This document shows positions 29,153 through 37,939 of a stretch of 64,000 bases of DNA, piece by piece. Made by a program: the position numbers and the translations under genes. Location: the IMG/VR virus record IMGVR_UViG_3300038405_000273. One strand, 5' to 3'. The notes below the pieces were generated by a model that made no database searches, was not told the origin of the DNA, and saw only the letters and a program-made list of their open reading frames with translations. The stretch is from a virus. Positions within the stretch are counted from its first letter, which is position 1, and the number at the start of each line of letters is the position of its first letter.

Positions 29153-30853
29153 CTACTCCCCTCCTGCAAGCAAGCTCTGAAACAGCGAATCGAGAATCTG
29201 CTCGCTCGATTGACCGCCGAGCATCTTCGTCAAGTCGCCCGCCTCGGTGCTGCCCTCTTCGCCCGTGAGCGTCTGCTCGATGACCGGGATCTTGGCGATC
29301 ACGTTAGCGGCCATCGCGTCGTCGATCGTCCCCTTGGCGATGATGTAGCGCACGAGGAGGCGCTCCACCGAGTCGAACCGATGCGCGCGCTTCTCGGCTT
29401 GGAGCAGCTTCCAAGGCTCGTGCACGAGGTCGCCGAAGATCATCAGGTGCGCGCCGACGAGCGACAGCGACACGGTCATCGAGTCGATCGTCGCCACGAA
29501 ACAGGCGGGTGCGCTCGACTGCCGAAACGTCTGCGCTTGAGCGAAGCGTCCGTCGGCGGGGAGGTCGCCCGACACGCACATCACGTTGCAGTCGACGTGC
29601 TTTCGAATCTCCTTGGCGATCGAGTCGGCCTGCTCGCGCAGGTAGACGAACACGACTACTTTTTGGCGCGACTGCAACGCTTCGACGGCCATGTTCACGA
29701 CGGCGGAGCGCTTGGCCCGCGCAGTAGCACGCAGCGCCGCGCCGACCGCTTGGCCTTTGCTGAGCGCCTTGTTCCCTTCGGCTACAGACGAAGCGGTGAG
29801 CTGCACGTCGACGGGGAACACCTCGCGCCGTTTCTCGGGCAACTCCAGCTTCACGTCCTTCGCCGAGCGGCCAAGCATGAAGAAGCTCAGGCGCCCTGTC
29901 AGCTCTTCGATGCGTGAAGCGCCGGTGTCCTTCCATCCGTACGTGCTCTGGTGCGCGTCGCAGTAGGCCCGTGCCCACCCCCAGTACGAGTTGCCAAAGA
30001 GCCCGCCAGAGACGATGTCGACGATGGAGTACAAGTCGCGCACGTAGTTCGGCATGGGCGTGCCAGAGAGCCCCCAGACGATCGGCACGCGCGCGAGCAC
30101 CTGCTTGACCGTTTTTGCGCGGCGAGACGAGCGGCCGCGCAGCATGTGCACCTCGTCGAGGATTCCGATCAGAAACCGATTCGAGAGGTGCTGGCCCCAT
30201 CCCGGGAGGTGCTCGGTCGCGTGCACGACGCCAGCAGCATCCGAGCGGCGGCCGCCGTAGAGGATGTCGTAGTTCGCGATCACGTAGCGCTCCCAGATGG
30301 CGTCGGGATCGGGGCGCAGCCCATCGAGCACCGTCGCGTCGTGCCCCGTCCACTTGCGGACCTCGTTGCGCCAATGGTATTTCGCCAGCGCGGGGCATAG
30401 GATCAGCACGACTGGCATTCGCAGGTTAGGAATTACTGCGGATGCGAGACGTGCTTCGGCCGCGACAAGCGCCTGCCCGGATTTGCCTATGCCGGGCTCG
30501 TCTGTCAGTAGCGCGTAATCCCGCTCGGCGAGGAACGCCGACCCAGCGCGCTGAAATGCAGCCGGTGTTGCACCCGGTGCCTGGAACGCGAGTGCTGCTT
30601 GCCGCGCGCCATGTACGCCAGGCCACGCCACATCGGGCTTCTTAAACGGTTGTCCGAGAACGCGCTCGACGAGCCACGCCGCATCGATCGCGGCTCGCGT
30701 CGCTCCTCGCTCAAACGTTGCACCTGGAGCGTGGTACTCGTCGAGCTGCCCGTGAAAGGCAAAGTTCCGGGCTCCCCGAGCATAGATGCTCGACCGGATC
30801 GACGCGCGCGCAGCCGGAGGCGGCGCAGGAAATGGAATGACCTGAGCGCTCAT
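29153..30853 (-). CDS. SNF2-family helicase
   Basis: DEPGIGKS, LDEVH, LSGTPMPN, LLQAEKRAHR; start 30853 or 30877. Confidence 0.9.
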   Translation of the reverse strand: MSAQVIPFPAPPPAARASIRSSIYARGARNFAFHGQLDEYHAPGATFERGATRAAIDAAWLVERVLGQPFKKPDVAWPGVHGARQAALAFQAPGATPAAFQRAGSAFLAERDYALLTDEPGIGKSGQALVAAEARLASAVIPNLRMPVVLILCPALAKYHWRNEVRKWTGHDATVLDGLRPDPDAIWERYVIANYDILYGGRRSDAAGVVHATEHLPGWGQHLSNRFLIGILDEVHMLRGRSSRRAKTVKQVLARVPIVWGLSGTPMPNYVRDLYSIVDIVSGGLFGNSYWGWARAYCDAHQSTYGWKDTGASRIEELTGRLSFFMLGRSAKDVKLELPEKRREVFPVDVQLTASSVAEGNKALSKGQAVGAALRATARAKRSAVVNMAVEALQSRQKVVVFVYLREQADSIAKEIRKHVDCNVMCVSGDLPADGRFAQAQTFRQSSAPACFVATIDSMTVSLSLVGAHLMIFGDLVHEPWKLLQAEKRAHRFDSVERLLVRYIIAKGTIDDAMAANVIAKIPVIEQTLTGEEGSTEAGDLTKMLGGQSSEQILDSLFQSLLAGGE

Positions 30854-30882
30854 GGGACGAAGCGTACGGTCGAGCATTAACC

Positions 30883-30944
30883 GTCAGCTAGCTGACACCG
30901 TCAAGAAATTTTTTCTCGCGACGCAAAAATAGGAAACTTGACGG
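30883..30944. promoter_or_regulatory. Divergent promoter region with 14-bp palindrome
   Basis: GTCAGCTAGCTGAC (30883-30896); inverted CCGTCAAG (30898-30905) and CTTGACGG (30937-30944) give two outward-facing TTGACG boxes around an AT-rich core. Confidence 0.55.
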
Positions 30945-30979
30945 CTGAGCCACAAACCTGTTACACCGATGGCCCCGCG

Positions 30980-32224
30980 ATGCTGCCTGATCGGATCTCC
31001 CAGGCCATACCACAAGGCCATGGCTTTATCAGGAGTTACGTCGAATATGCCGCATCGTGTTCCGACGCTCCGGAGATCTTCCACGTAGGCGTCGCACTGA
31101 CGATTCTTGCCTCAGTAACCGCCAAGAGACTGGTCGCGCCGTTCAGCTCAGCCACAATGCTGGTGCCGAACCTCTACACGCTCCTCGTCGGCCCATCCGG
31201 AGAGCGAAAATCGAGCTGTCTCGACACCGGAATCCGTATTCTTCGACGGGTCGCGAGCGATGCAGTCATCCCGGTTCCTGGAAGCTACGAGGAGATGATT
31301 GCGCAGATTCGCACGCAGCCGACAGGGCTCCTCAAGCTGCGCGAGTTCGGCCACTTCCTGAAATTCACCGAGCGCGGCTACGGCGAGCCCATGCGTACAG
31401 TGCTCATGGAGCTGTACGACCATCCCACGGATGAGCCGTACACGCGCAATTTGCGCAAGGGCAAGACGGTCATCGACGGGCCGATTTGCGTTTCGCTCGG
31501 CGCCGCGTGCTCGGACGATTTGCTGTACAGCTACACGGACACCGAGAGCTGGTCCGGCGGTTTTCTCGGTCGCATGACGATGCTCTACGGCGACCGGCAA
31601 GTCTTCCGGATGCCGACGGTGTGGCCGCAAGCGTTCGACTACCTCGTCACGCTTCTCCATACGTACGCGTTCGGGACGATTCACCGCTGCGGCGGTTGGA
31701 GTCCACCAGCCTGGCAGGAGTTCCAGCGCTGGGCCGCGTGGCGAGACGCTCAACGGCACTCGGCGCCCGCGCGGGTGCGCACGCACGTCGCCAGAGCCGA
31801 GACGCTTGCGGCGAAAGTCTCACAGCTCTACGCGTGCGACGCTGGCGAGTCGAACACAGGAGACGGTTGGCTCATTTCGCACGAGTCGATGTGTCGCGCG
31901 ATCATGTTCGTCGAGCAGCTCTACCTGCCGTCGATATTCCACCTCGGCGAGCACTTGGCTCTCGGCATCTGGGAGCGCGATCGGCAGAAGGTCCTCAACG
32001 CCATCGACGCGAAGCCGAACGGCATCGAACGGCCCGATCTGCTCCGCCGCGTGAAGGTGTCGAGCGACTTGCTGGAGGCGATCCTGACGACGCTCAAGGA
32101 CGAGCGGACCATCGTCCAGTCGATCGCTGGCCGCGAGACGGTGTACAGGCGCGCGCCACAGGGTGGAGCGCCGCCACCGACAGGGAACAACGTCTTCCCG
32201 ATTCGGCAAGGAATGTCCGTATGA
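30980..32224 (+). CDS. DUF3987-like P-loop protein (putative replicative helicase)
   Basis: APEIFH, NLYTLLVGPSGERKS, LMELYD, GGFLGR; C-terminal winged-helix-like region; start 30938 or 30980. Confidence 0.8.
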   Translation: MLPDRISQAIPQGHGFIRSYVEYAASCSDAPEIFHVGVALTILASVTAKRLVAPFSSATMLVPNLYTLLVGPSGERKSSCLDTGIRILRRVASDAVIPVPGSYEEMIAQIRTQPTGLLKLREFGHFLKFTERGYGEPMRTVLMELYDHPTDEPYTRNLRKGKTVIDGPICVSLGAACSDDLLYSYTDTESWSGGFLGRMTMLYGDRQVFRMPTVWPQAFDYLVTLLHTYAFGTIHRCGGWSPPAWQEFQRWAAWRDAQRHSAPARVRTHVARAETLAAKVSQLYACDAGESNTGDGWLISHESMCRAIMFVEQLYLPSIFHLGEHLALGIWERDRQKVLNAIDAKPNGIERPDLLRRVKVSSDLLEAILTTLKDERTIVQSIAGRETVYRRAPQGGAPPPTGNNVFPIRQGMSV

Positions 32225-32730
32225 CGGGACTGCGGAGGCACCGGTACTTCGTACAAGCGTCTTCGATAGTGCGCGCCGTCGTCTCCGTCGTCGAAAGGTT
32301 CTACGAGTTGCCCTCTGCGCGTGGAGTGATGTCGCGCAACCGCACGCCGGCTGTCGCCAACGCGCGGGCGCTCGCGATGTACGTTTCGCGCGGCGCGACG
32401 AGCCTCAGCTATCCAGAGCTGGGACGCCTCTTCAGACGCGACCATTCTACCGTCGTCGCTGCGGTCCAACGAGTCGAGAGCTGGATGGACAAGGATCCGT
32501 TCGTCAAGTACCAGCTGATTCAGATCGCGCAGCTAGTCGCGCTTCGAACGCAGCAGCCTCATCTCGCGGCGCCAAAGCAAGAACTGCCGGACCCGTCGAC
32601 GGTCACGCCAGAGATCGCGCAGCAGCTCACGGACGGAGCGTGCAGGCCCGACGTTCTCCTTGGAGCCGCTGAAGCTCCCGTAGATCGTGCCGAGCCGCCA
32701 CTGCAGATAGGGCCGAGTCGCACGGCGTAG
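32221..32730 (+). CDS. Stand-alone DnaA C-terminal (domain IV) HTH protein
   Basis: RTPAVANARALAMYVSR...SLSYPELGRLFRRDHSTVVAAV matches DnaA domain IV; ATGA coupling. Confidence 0.85.
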   Translation: MTGLRRHRYFVQASSIVRAVVSVVERFYELPSARGVMSRNRTPAVANARALAMYVSRGATSLSYPELGRLFRRDHSTVVAAVQRVESWMDKDPFVKYQLIQIAQLVALRTQQPHLAAPKQELPDPSTVTPEIAQQLTDGACRPDVLLGAAEAPVDRAEPPLQIGPSRTA

Positions 32731-32778
32731 GCTCCAGAGGACCCGAGCGCCTTCCAAGAATGCGAGGAGCGTCTGCAC
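32533..32778 (-). CDS. Trp/Arg-rich hypothetical protein antisense to the 3' end of the DnaA-domain gene
   Basis: 81 aa protein-like ORF continuing the minus-strand run. Confidence 0.5.
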   Translation of the reverse strand: MQTLLAFLEGARVLWSLRRATRPYLQWRLGTIYGSFSGSKENVGPARSVRELLRDLWRDRRRVRQFLLWRREMRLLRSKRD

Positions 32779-32787
32779 GAGGGGTGC

Positions 32788-33012
32788 TTACGTGTCCCAG
32801 CCGGTCTCGGCGATGTCGCCAAGGTCGAACTTGATCGACGCCAGTGAACGCAGCTCTATCTTGGCGTTCGGCGACCCGTAGAACTTCTGCGCACGCGTTC
32901 GCGGGTCGATGCCCAAGAATGCAAACGACTGGATCCCGAGCTGCTGGGCCAACACGGAAATCTGTGTGACGAACTGGTCGAGGATCGGCGCCGGGATGTC
33001 GTTCTGTGCCAT
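32788..33012 (-). CDS. Hypothetical protein
   Basis: MAQNDIPAPILDQFV...; start 33012 or 33036. Confidence 0.6.
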   Translation of the reverse strand: MAQNDIPAPILDQFVTQISVLAQQLGIQSFAFLGIDPRTRAQKFYGSPNAKIELRSLASIKFDLGDIAETGWDT

Positions 33013-33032
33013 GAAGACGAGTTTACACCCGC

Positions 33033-33488
33033 TCATACGGGCTTGACGATACGGCTCTCCTCGCCTTGTTGTTGGGGCGCCTGATAGGCGATCACGGCGC
33101 CAACGACGCTCTTCACGAGCGCTCGATGCGCGTCTTTGATGGCGTCTGGAAGGTCTTCCCATGTCTGCTGGCCGCCCTTCGCCAGCTCGTGGCCCGCACA
33201 CACCACCACCGAACACAGAGCAGCTTGCACAGCAGCCTCATCGGCTCTGTCCGGCACGATGCGCGTCCCATGCAGAACTACTGCAGCGGTCTCGATGGCT
33301 GCCTCCTGATTGAGTAGCGCGTTCTTCGCTAGCACCAACGACTGCTGTGTGTTCCCCGCCGTGATCACGCGGTTCCCGTCACGGAAGACGACGAACGCTT
33401 CGGCTTGTTGCTTGGCGAGCGCCTTGAGCATGCTACCAACGTAGACGCGAATCGGTATCGCGTTCGGATCGATCATGTGGTCGGCCAT
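33033..33488 (-). CDS. Hypothetical protein
   Basis: AAGGAG RBS before MADHMID. Confidence 0.75.
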   Translation of the reverse strand: MADHMIDPNAIPIRVYVGSMLKALAKQQAEAFVVFRDGNRVITAGNTQQSLVLAKNALLNQEAAIETAAVVLHGTRIVPDRADEAAVQAALCSVVVCAGHELAKGGQQTWEDLPDAIKDAHRALVKSVVGAVIAYQAPQQQGEESRIVKPV

Positions 33489-33499
33489 TGGGTGCTCCT

Positions 33500-35434
33500 T
33501 TACTCTGCGTTGAAAAACCACATCCAGAACAGCCGGCCGTTCTCGATGTTCGTGCCGAAGTAGCAGCTCGCCGAGTGAATCAAGCGGCTGTCGAACAGTA
33601 CGAGGCGATTGTAGACGTTGCCGATCCGATCGATCAGCTCCCACGCCGTCAGGTCGAAGAGCTTCCCGTCGAACGTCTCGCGCGAGACAGCGTCGTCCGT
33701 TGGCGAGCGCCGATGCTTCGTCGCCTTGCTGCGATAGAAACTCGTTCCGGACTCGGGCGGCGCGTCCGGGGTGAGCATGATCATCGCGGCGTAGCTCTGC
33801 GCATCCGCGTGGTACACGATCGGGTCTTCCGACGTGCAGTATTGAAACTTGCCGTTCACCGGCTGCTCTTCCCAGTCGGTGATGCGCTTGCCGAGAAGGT
33901 TCTCGAACAGCTCCTTTTCGATCGCGTGGTGGAACCGTTCGGCCGAGCGCACGCCCGCCGAGCCCTGCTTCGCGTAGGTCTGCATCAACGCTGTGCCACG
34001 CCAGTAGTGCGGGTTGGCGAGGAAGTCGTCGACGACGATGATCGTGGGGGTGGTCGATCCGATGATGGCGCTTTCGCGCGAAGTCAAGACGGGATCCATC
34101 GAAACCTCCAACGACGTGCTTGCGTGGGCGCGCCGAAATAGAAGCAGCGTTTCTCGAAACCACGGAGTCGAGCTGTTCGGAGGGACAACCGAGCGAGCAG
34201 CAGCCGTCCAGCTATCCACGTGTTCGAAACCGCGTGTCGCCAAGCTCCTGATTATCTCGTCATTGCTTTTGCAGTTGACGTGCCCCGTCCCGCCTTGGCC
34301 GGGCACCGCCCAGGATAGGATCAACCGATCGGCACAATTATTGGCTAGATTGTCGAGCAGTTGGTGCTCGTACTCGGCGGGGATATGCTCGCCGACTTCC
34401 AGGCAGACGATCGTTCCAGGCGGCACGGAGAACGGCACGGTGAGATCGCGCTGCTCGATCGCGGGATGGAGCCGATAGGCAAGCGGCAACGGTTCTCCCT
34501 CGAACCCGCACAAGTTGATATGGCCTGCATCTGCAAGCGCGCGCAGATAAGTCCCCGCCCCACAGCCGAAATCGTATATCGGAGCGTCCAACGGGGTGTC
34601 TGCAAGAAATCCGACGATCCACGCAGCGAGTTCACGAGACCACCCGTAGTCGTCTGGACGAAGCTCCCCAGACCAAAAACCTGTGTGCGAAATAATCATC
34701 TTGTCCAGACGAGGATACCGCGGCTTCGCATGGATACGATCGCGTTCAGCAAGGTCCGCGATGCGCTCGTCTTCTGTGCTTTGTCCGAACCAGCCCGCGC
34801 CGGCGCTCGTGTTGTACATGCACAGCACTTCATCGATGAATGCACGCTTCTCTCCTGCCATATCCGCGAGCGGCAACATGACGGCGCGGTCCGTGCAGTA
34901 GTAGCACCATGCTCCGCTAGGCGTCTTTAAGTCGTCCTCGGCAATGCGCTTGACCAGCCACGCGCGAAACGTTCTCAAGTGCGTCAGTCGCCAGTCCCAC
35001 GGTACATCCCTGGGATCGACACCGGGCGGGTACAGCCCCGCGAAGCCGCGCTTGGGAAAGCCGAGTGGCGGCTCGGTGAACTCGAACTGCCCGTAGGTGA
35101 ACCACGCGTCGGTATCTTGATACACCTGCACCAGACGATCGAAGACGCGATCGTGCGCCAGCCAGTCGTCGCCATCGAGCCAGACGATGATCTCGTCGTC
35201 GGGGAGGCTGTGCCAAATAGGAAAGAGGTTGGCTAGGCTCGGCGCCAATGAACGCCGCACACGGACGCCTGCGCTCGCCACACTCTCGGCCGCGAGCGCT
35301 GTCTCTTCGTCGGCGGCGCTGTAGACGTGCATCCAGTGCGGGTAGCGCTGTGCACGCACGGACTCGATGCACTTCGGCGCCCACTGCGCCGCGTTCTTGG
35401 CCGTCGACGTGACGGTGAAGTGAGGAAGGCTCAT
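33500..35434 (-). CDS. GT2 glycosyltransferase + SAM methyltransferase + 2OG-Fe(II) oxygenase fusion
   Basis: WLDGDDWL (DxD), YDFGCGAG (SAM motif I), YHAD...FDSRLIHS (HxD...H). Confidence 0.85.
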   Translation of the reverse strand: MSLPHFTVTSTAKNAAQWAPKCIESVRAQRYPHWMHVYSAADEETALAAESVASAGVRVRRSLAPSLANLFPIWHSLPDDEIIVWLDGDDWLAHDRVFDRLVQVYQDTDAWFTYGQFEFTEPPLGFPKRGFAGLYPPGVDPRDVPWDWRLTHLRTFRAWLVKRIAEDDLKTPSGAWCYYCTDRAVMLPLADMAGEKRAFIDEVLCMYNTSAGAGWFGQSTEDERIADLAERDRIHAKPRYPRLDKMIISHTGFWSGELRPDDYGWSRELAAWIVGFLADTPLDAPIYDFGCGAGTYLRALADAGHINLCGFEGEPLPLAYRLHPAIEQRDLTVPFSVPPGTIVCLEVGEHIPAEYEHQLLDNLANNCADRLILSWAVPGQGGTGHVNCKSNDEIIRSLATRGFEHVDSWTAAARSVVPPNSSTPWFRETLLLFRRAHASTSLEVSMDPVLTSRESAIIGSTTPTIIVVDDFLANPHYWRGTALMQTYAKQGSAGVRSAERFHHAIEKELFENLLGKRITDWEEQPVNGKFQYCTSEDPIVYHADAQSYAAMIMLTPDAPPESGTSFYRSKATKHRRSPTDDAVSRETFDGKLFDLTAWELIDRIGNVYNRLVLFDSRLIHSASCYFGTNIENGRLFWMWFFNAE

Positions 35435-35447
35435 CGCGCGTGCGCCA

Positions 35448-37520
35448 TCATCGATCGGGCCCCGTCCACTCGTGCGTATGAAACTCCGACCCGTACACGT
35501 TGCCTGCGATCAGGCCCGTCTTCATGTCGAGCTTCCACAGCGCAAACGGGAAGCTGATCTGGTCCTGCGGCGACCACGCGACGTTCTCGCCCCACCAATG
35601 CTCCATGAGCTTTCGGACGCGCGGGGTGCTCCGTCGCGCGATCACGCCGCCTGCATAGAGACCTGACGGCGTCGGCAACCCGACCGAGTGGTAGTGCTCA
35701 GCTTGCTTGCACAGGTCGAAGCCGTCGTACTTCTTCATCTTGCTGGACGCCTTCGCTTCTTCCAGCACGTCGTTGCGCTCCGGGTGCTTGAACACCGCGA
35801 TGTCGTTGTCGCCGAGCGCCGCCAGACACGCATCGACCAGCTTTTGCGTATCGGTCACGCGAATCGAGGCGTCGATCCAGATGGAGACGTCGTGCTTTGG
35901 AAGCGTATCGGGCGGGAAGAGCTTCACGCGCTTCGCCTGCAGCCTTGGCGATTTTCCGCGTGTGCCCATCCAATCGGACGCGAGCACGCGGACGTCCCAC
36001 GCGTTCTGTACGTCTTCTGAAGCAATCATTTCGTCGTCGGTGAAGCACACGAATGGGTACGGACTAGTGTCGTGCGATTTGAGATCGGTGTGCTTGCCGT
36101 AGATCGCCGTGTAGACGACGACACGCGGAGCAGAGCGCCTCGCCGCCAGTGCGCGCTGGGCGTCCTCGGGGTTATCGAACGTCTTTCCGTCGACTTCAAA
36201 CGCGACGCTGATCTTCGGCGGCTTCCACGCCGTCACGTTCGCCGTCACGTACGGGATGGCGTTGTTGCGGTGCCAGTCCGAGGGGAACCAGCTCTTCAGG
36301 ATCACCTCGTCGAAGAGCGGATTATCGCGGCGCACGTACTTCGTCTGGGCGCGCCCACGGAGGTGGTACCACCATGCGTTCTCATTCCAGAGCGAGCAAT
36401 GCGTCGGGTCCTGCCACGCGCCGCGTCCGTCGGTGCTCGGCGTGAAGCTCAAGAGCCACCCGCCCGGCCGCAAGCACCGGTGGATCTCGCGCAACGTGTG
36501 CAGCCTGTCTGGAATATGCTCCAGAAAGTCGTGCGCTCGGAACGCTCCGACGCTGTTGTCCTCGAATGGCCAGCGCTGCATGAGATCGGCCTTCACGTCG
36601 AGCGGCTTGCTGTCTTCGCGCTCCTCGATGTCGACGATCTTCCAACCAGCCGCCGGGTCGAGAGCCCCACCGAGGTCGTACGCGGGCAGCCCGAGCAGCT
36701 CGCACTCGCGCAGCACGAGCCGATCGATGTACTGCGCTTGCAGCTCGTACGTGATGCGCTGGATTTCGGGGATGTTTTGCGCCCACGTGTTCCTGCCACT
36801 GATTCGGTAGAGGTAAAGCGGCGCCTCGATGTGGTGCATGCGTGTGACGAGATACGTCCTCAACATCAGCTCGTGATCATCGCACACGCGGTATGCCGGA
36901 TTGTGGCCGCCGATCTGGTGGTACACAGAGCGGCGCCACGCACGCACGTGGTTGGGCGCCTGGTAGATCGTCGACACGAGCTTGGCTGTCACTTTTTGCG
37001 TGCGACAGAACTCGTACCTCATCGGGCGCGGCGCTTTCACGTCGACGTCGTAGAACGTCGAGCCGCCCGCGATCCAGCCTTGCCGGACCTCGGGATGGCG
37101 ATACGTCCACGTGCCCTGGTCGGTCAGGTTCTCCGAGTCGAAGTCGGCGAAGTCGGAGTACGCGAACCCGATCTCGGGATTCTCGAACGCCTGCGCGATC
37201 TCTTCGAGTGCATTCGGCAGCAGAAGGTCGTCGTGGTCCAGCTCGATGAGCACTTCACCCACGCCAAGGTCGAAGGCAATCTTCTTGCGAGCGCCGACTC
37301 CGCTGAACGGGGACAGCTCCGAGTAGATCTGTACACGCGGATCACTGTCGACAATTGTTCGGACTTCAACATGCCGTTTCGCGACGCGCGTCACATCCCC
37401 TTGCGCGTCGTTCACCAGCACGACCCACTCGAAGTCGGTGTGCGTTTGCAGCTTCAGCGACTCCCACGTCTCGCGGAGCCACGTCGTGTCGTGCGTCGGT
37501 GTGATGACGGAGAGTTTCAT
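35448..37520 (-). CDS. GT2 glycosyltransferase + SAM methyltransferase + DUF616-like glycosyltransferase fusion
   Basis: LSVITPTH, ELDHDDLL, YDLGGA...HDFLEHI...LRPGG, VVYTAIYG...CFTDD...WIDAS...HPER. Confidence 0.88.
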   Translation of the reverse strand: MKLSVITPTHDTTWLRETWESLKLQTHTDFEWVVLVNDAQGDVTRVAKRHVEVRTIVDSDPRVQIYSELSPFSGVGARKKIAFDLGVGEVLIELDHDDLLLPNALEEIAQAFENPEIGFAYSDFADFDSENLTDQGTWTYRHPEVRQGWIAGGSTFYDVDVKAPRPMRYEFCRTQKVTAKLVSTIYQAPNHVRAWRRSVYHQIGGHNPAYRVCDDHELMLRTYLVTRMHHIEAPLYLYRISGRNTWAQNIPEIQRITYELQAQYIDRLVLRECELLGLPAYDLGGALDPAAGWKIVDIEEREDSKPLDVKADLMQRWPFEDNSVGAFRAHDFLEHIPDRLHTLREIHRCLRPGGWLLSFTPSTDGRGAWQDPTHCSLWNENAWWYHLRGRAQTKYVRRDNPLFDEVILKSWFPSDWHRNNAIPYVTANVTAWKPPKISVAFEVDGKTFDNPEDAQRALAARRSAPRVVVYTAIYGKHTDLKSHDTSPYPFVCFTDDEMIASEDVQNAWDVRVLASDWMGTRGKSPRLQAKRVKLFPPDTLPKHDVSIWIDASIRVTDTQKLVDACLAALGDNDIAVFKHPERNDVLEEAKASSKMKKYDGFDLCKQAEHYHSVGLPTPSGLYAGGVIARRSTPRVRKLMEHWWGENVAWSPQDQISFPFALWKLDMKTGLIAGNVYGSEFHTHEWTGPDR

Positions 37521-37711
37521 TTCTTTGCGACCTTGATCTTCTGCTCCAACAGCGTGAGCGCGACGTCGAGCACCGCGCCGATGGTCACGCTCGACGAGCG
37601 CTCGACGCCCGCGGCGCGCCAGCCGTTCTGCGCGATAGTCGGCACGAGGCGGCTAAGCCGGTCGTAGGCGTCGACAGGGACGCGGACTGAACGAAATCGT
37701 GCCACTGCCAT
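37517..37711 (-). CDS. Small RHH-like DNA-binding protein
   Basis: FRSVRVPVDAYDRL strand-helix pattern. Confidence 0.6.
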   Translation of the reverse strand: MAVARFRSVRVPVDAYDRLSRLVPTIAQNGWRAAGVERSSSVTIGAVLDVALTLLEQKIKVAKK

Positions 37712-37714
37712 TTT

Positions 37715-37936
37715 TTAGGTGCCCTTTCTTGTGAATTTTCCGCTGCCGAGATCGATCACGTCGACGACCTTCGAGAGCGCTTCCTCCCAAGTCGTGCCTG
37801 CGCCGAACTTGGTGAAGCTGCCGCGCTCCTTCACGCCCACGAAGAGCGGCGCGTCCTGATACTGCTCGTTGTGGCCGACAATGGCTTTGCTGCCGAAGCG
37901 GCGCTGGGCCTCTGCGAAGGCTTGCTCGCGCGTCAT
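37715..37936 (-). CDS. Hypothetical protein
   Basis: 73 aa; GAGG RBS. Confidence 0.65.
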   Translation of the reverse strand: MTREQAFAEAQRRFGSKAIVGHNEQYQDAPLFVGVKERGSFTKFGAGTTWEEALSKVVDVIDLGSGKFTRKGT

Positions 37937-37939
37937 CGA

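Noticed and set aside
30850-33000. DnaA-box cluster near the DnaA-domain gene
   Set aside because: No TTATNCACA-type boxes found by eye; a full scan is needed
33500-34099. 2OG oxygenase as a collagen prolyl 4-hydroxylase
   Set aside because: Pro in these fibres is almost always at X (GPQ, GPS, GPA), rarely at Y, so the classical P4H substrate is nearly absent
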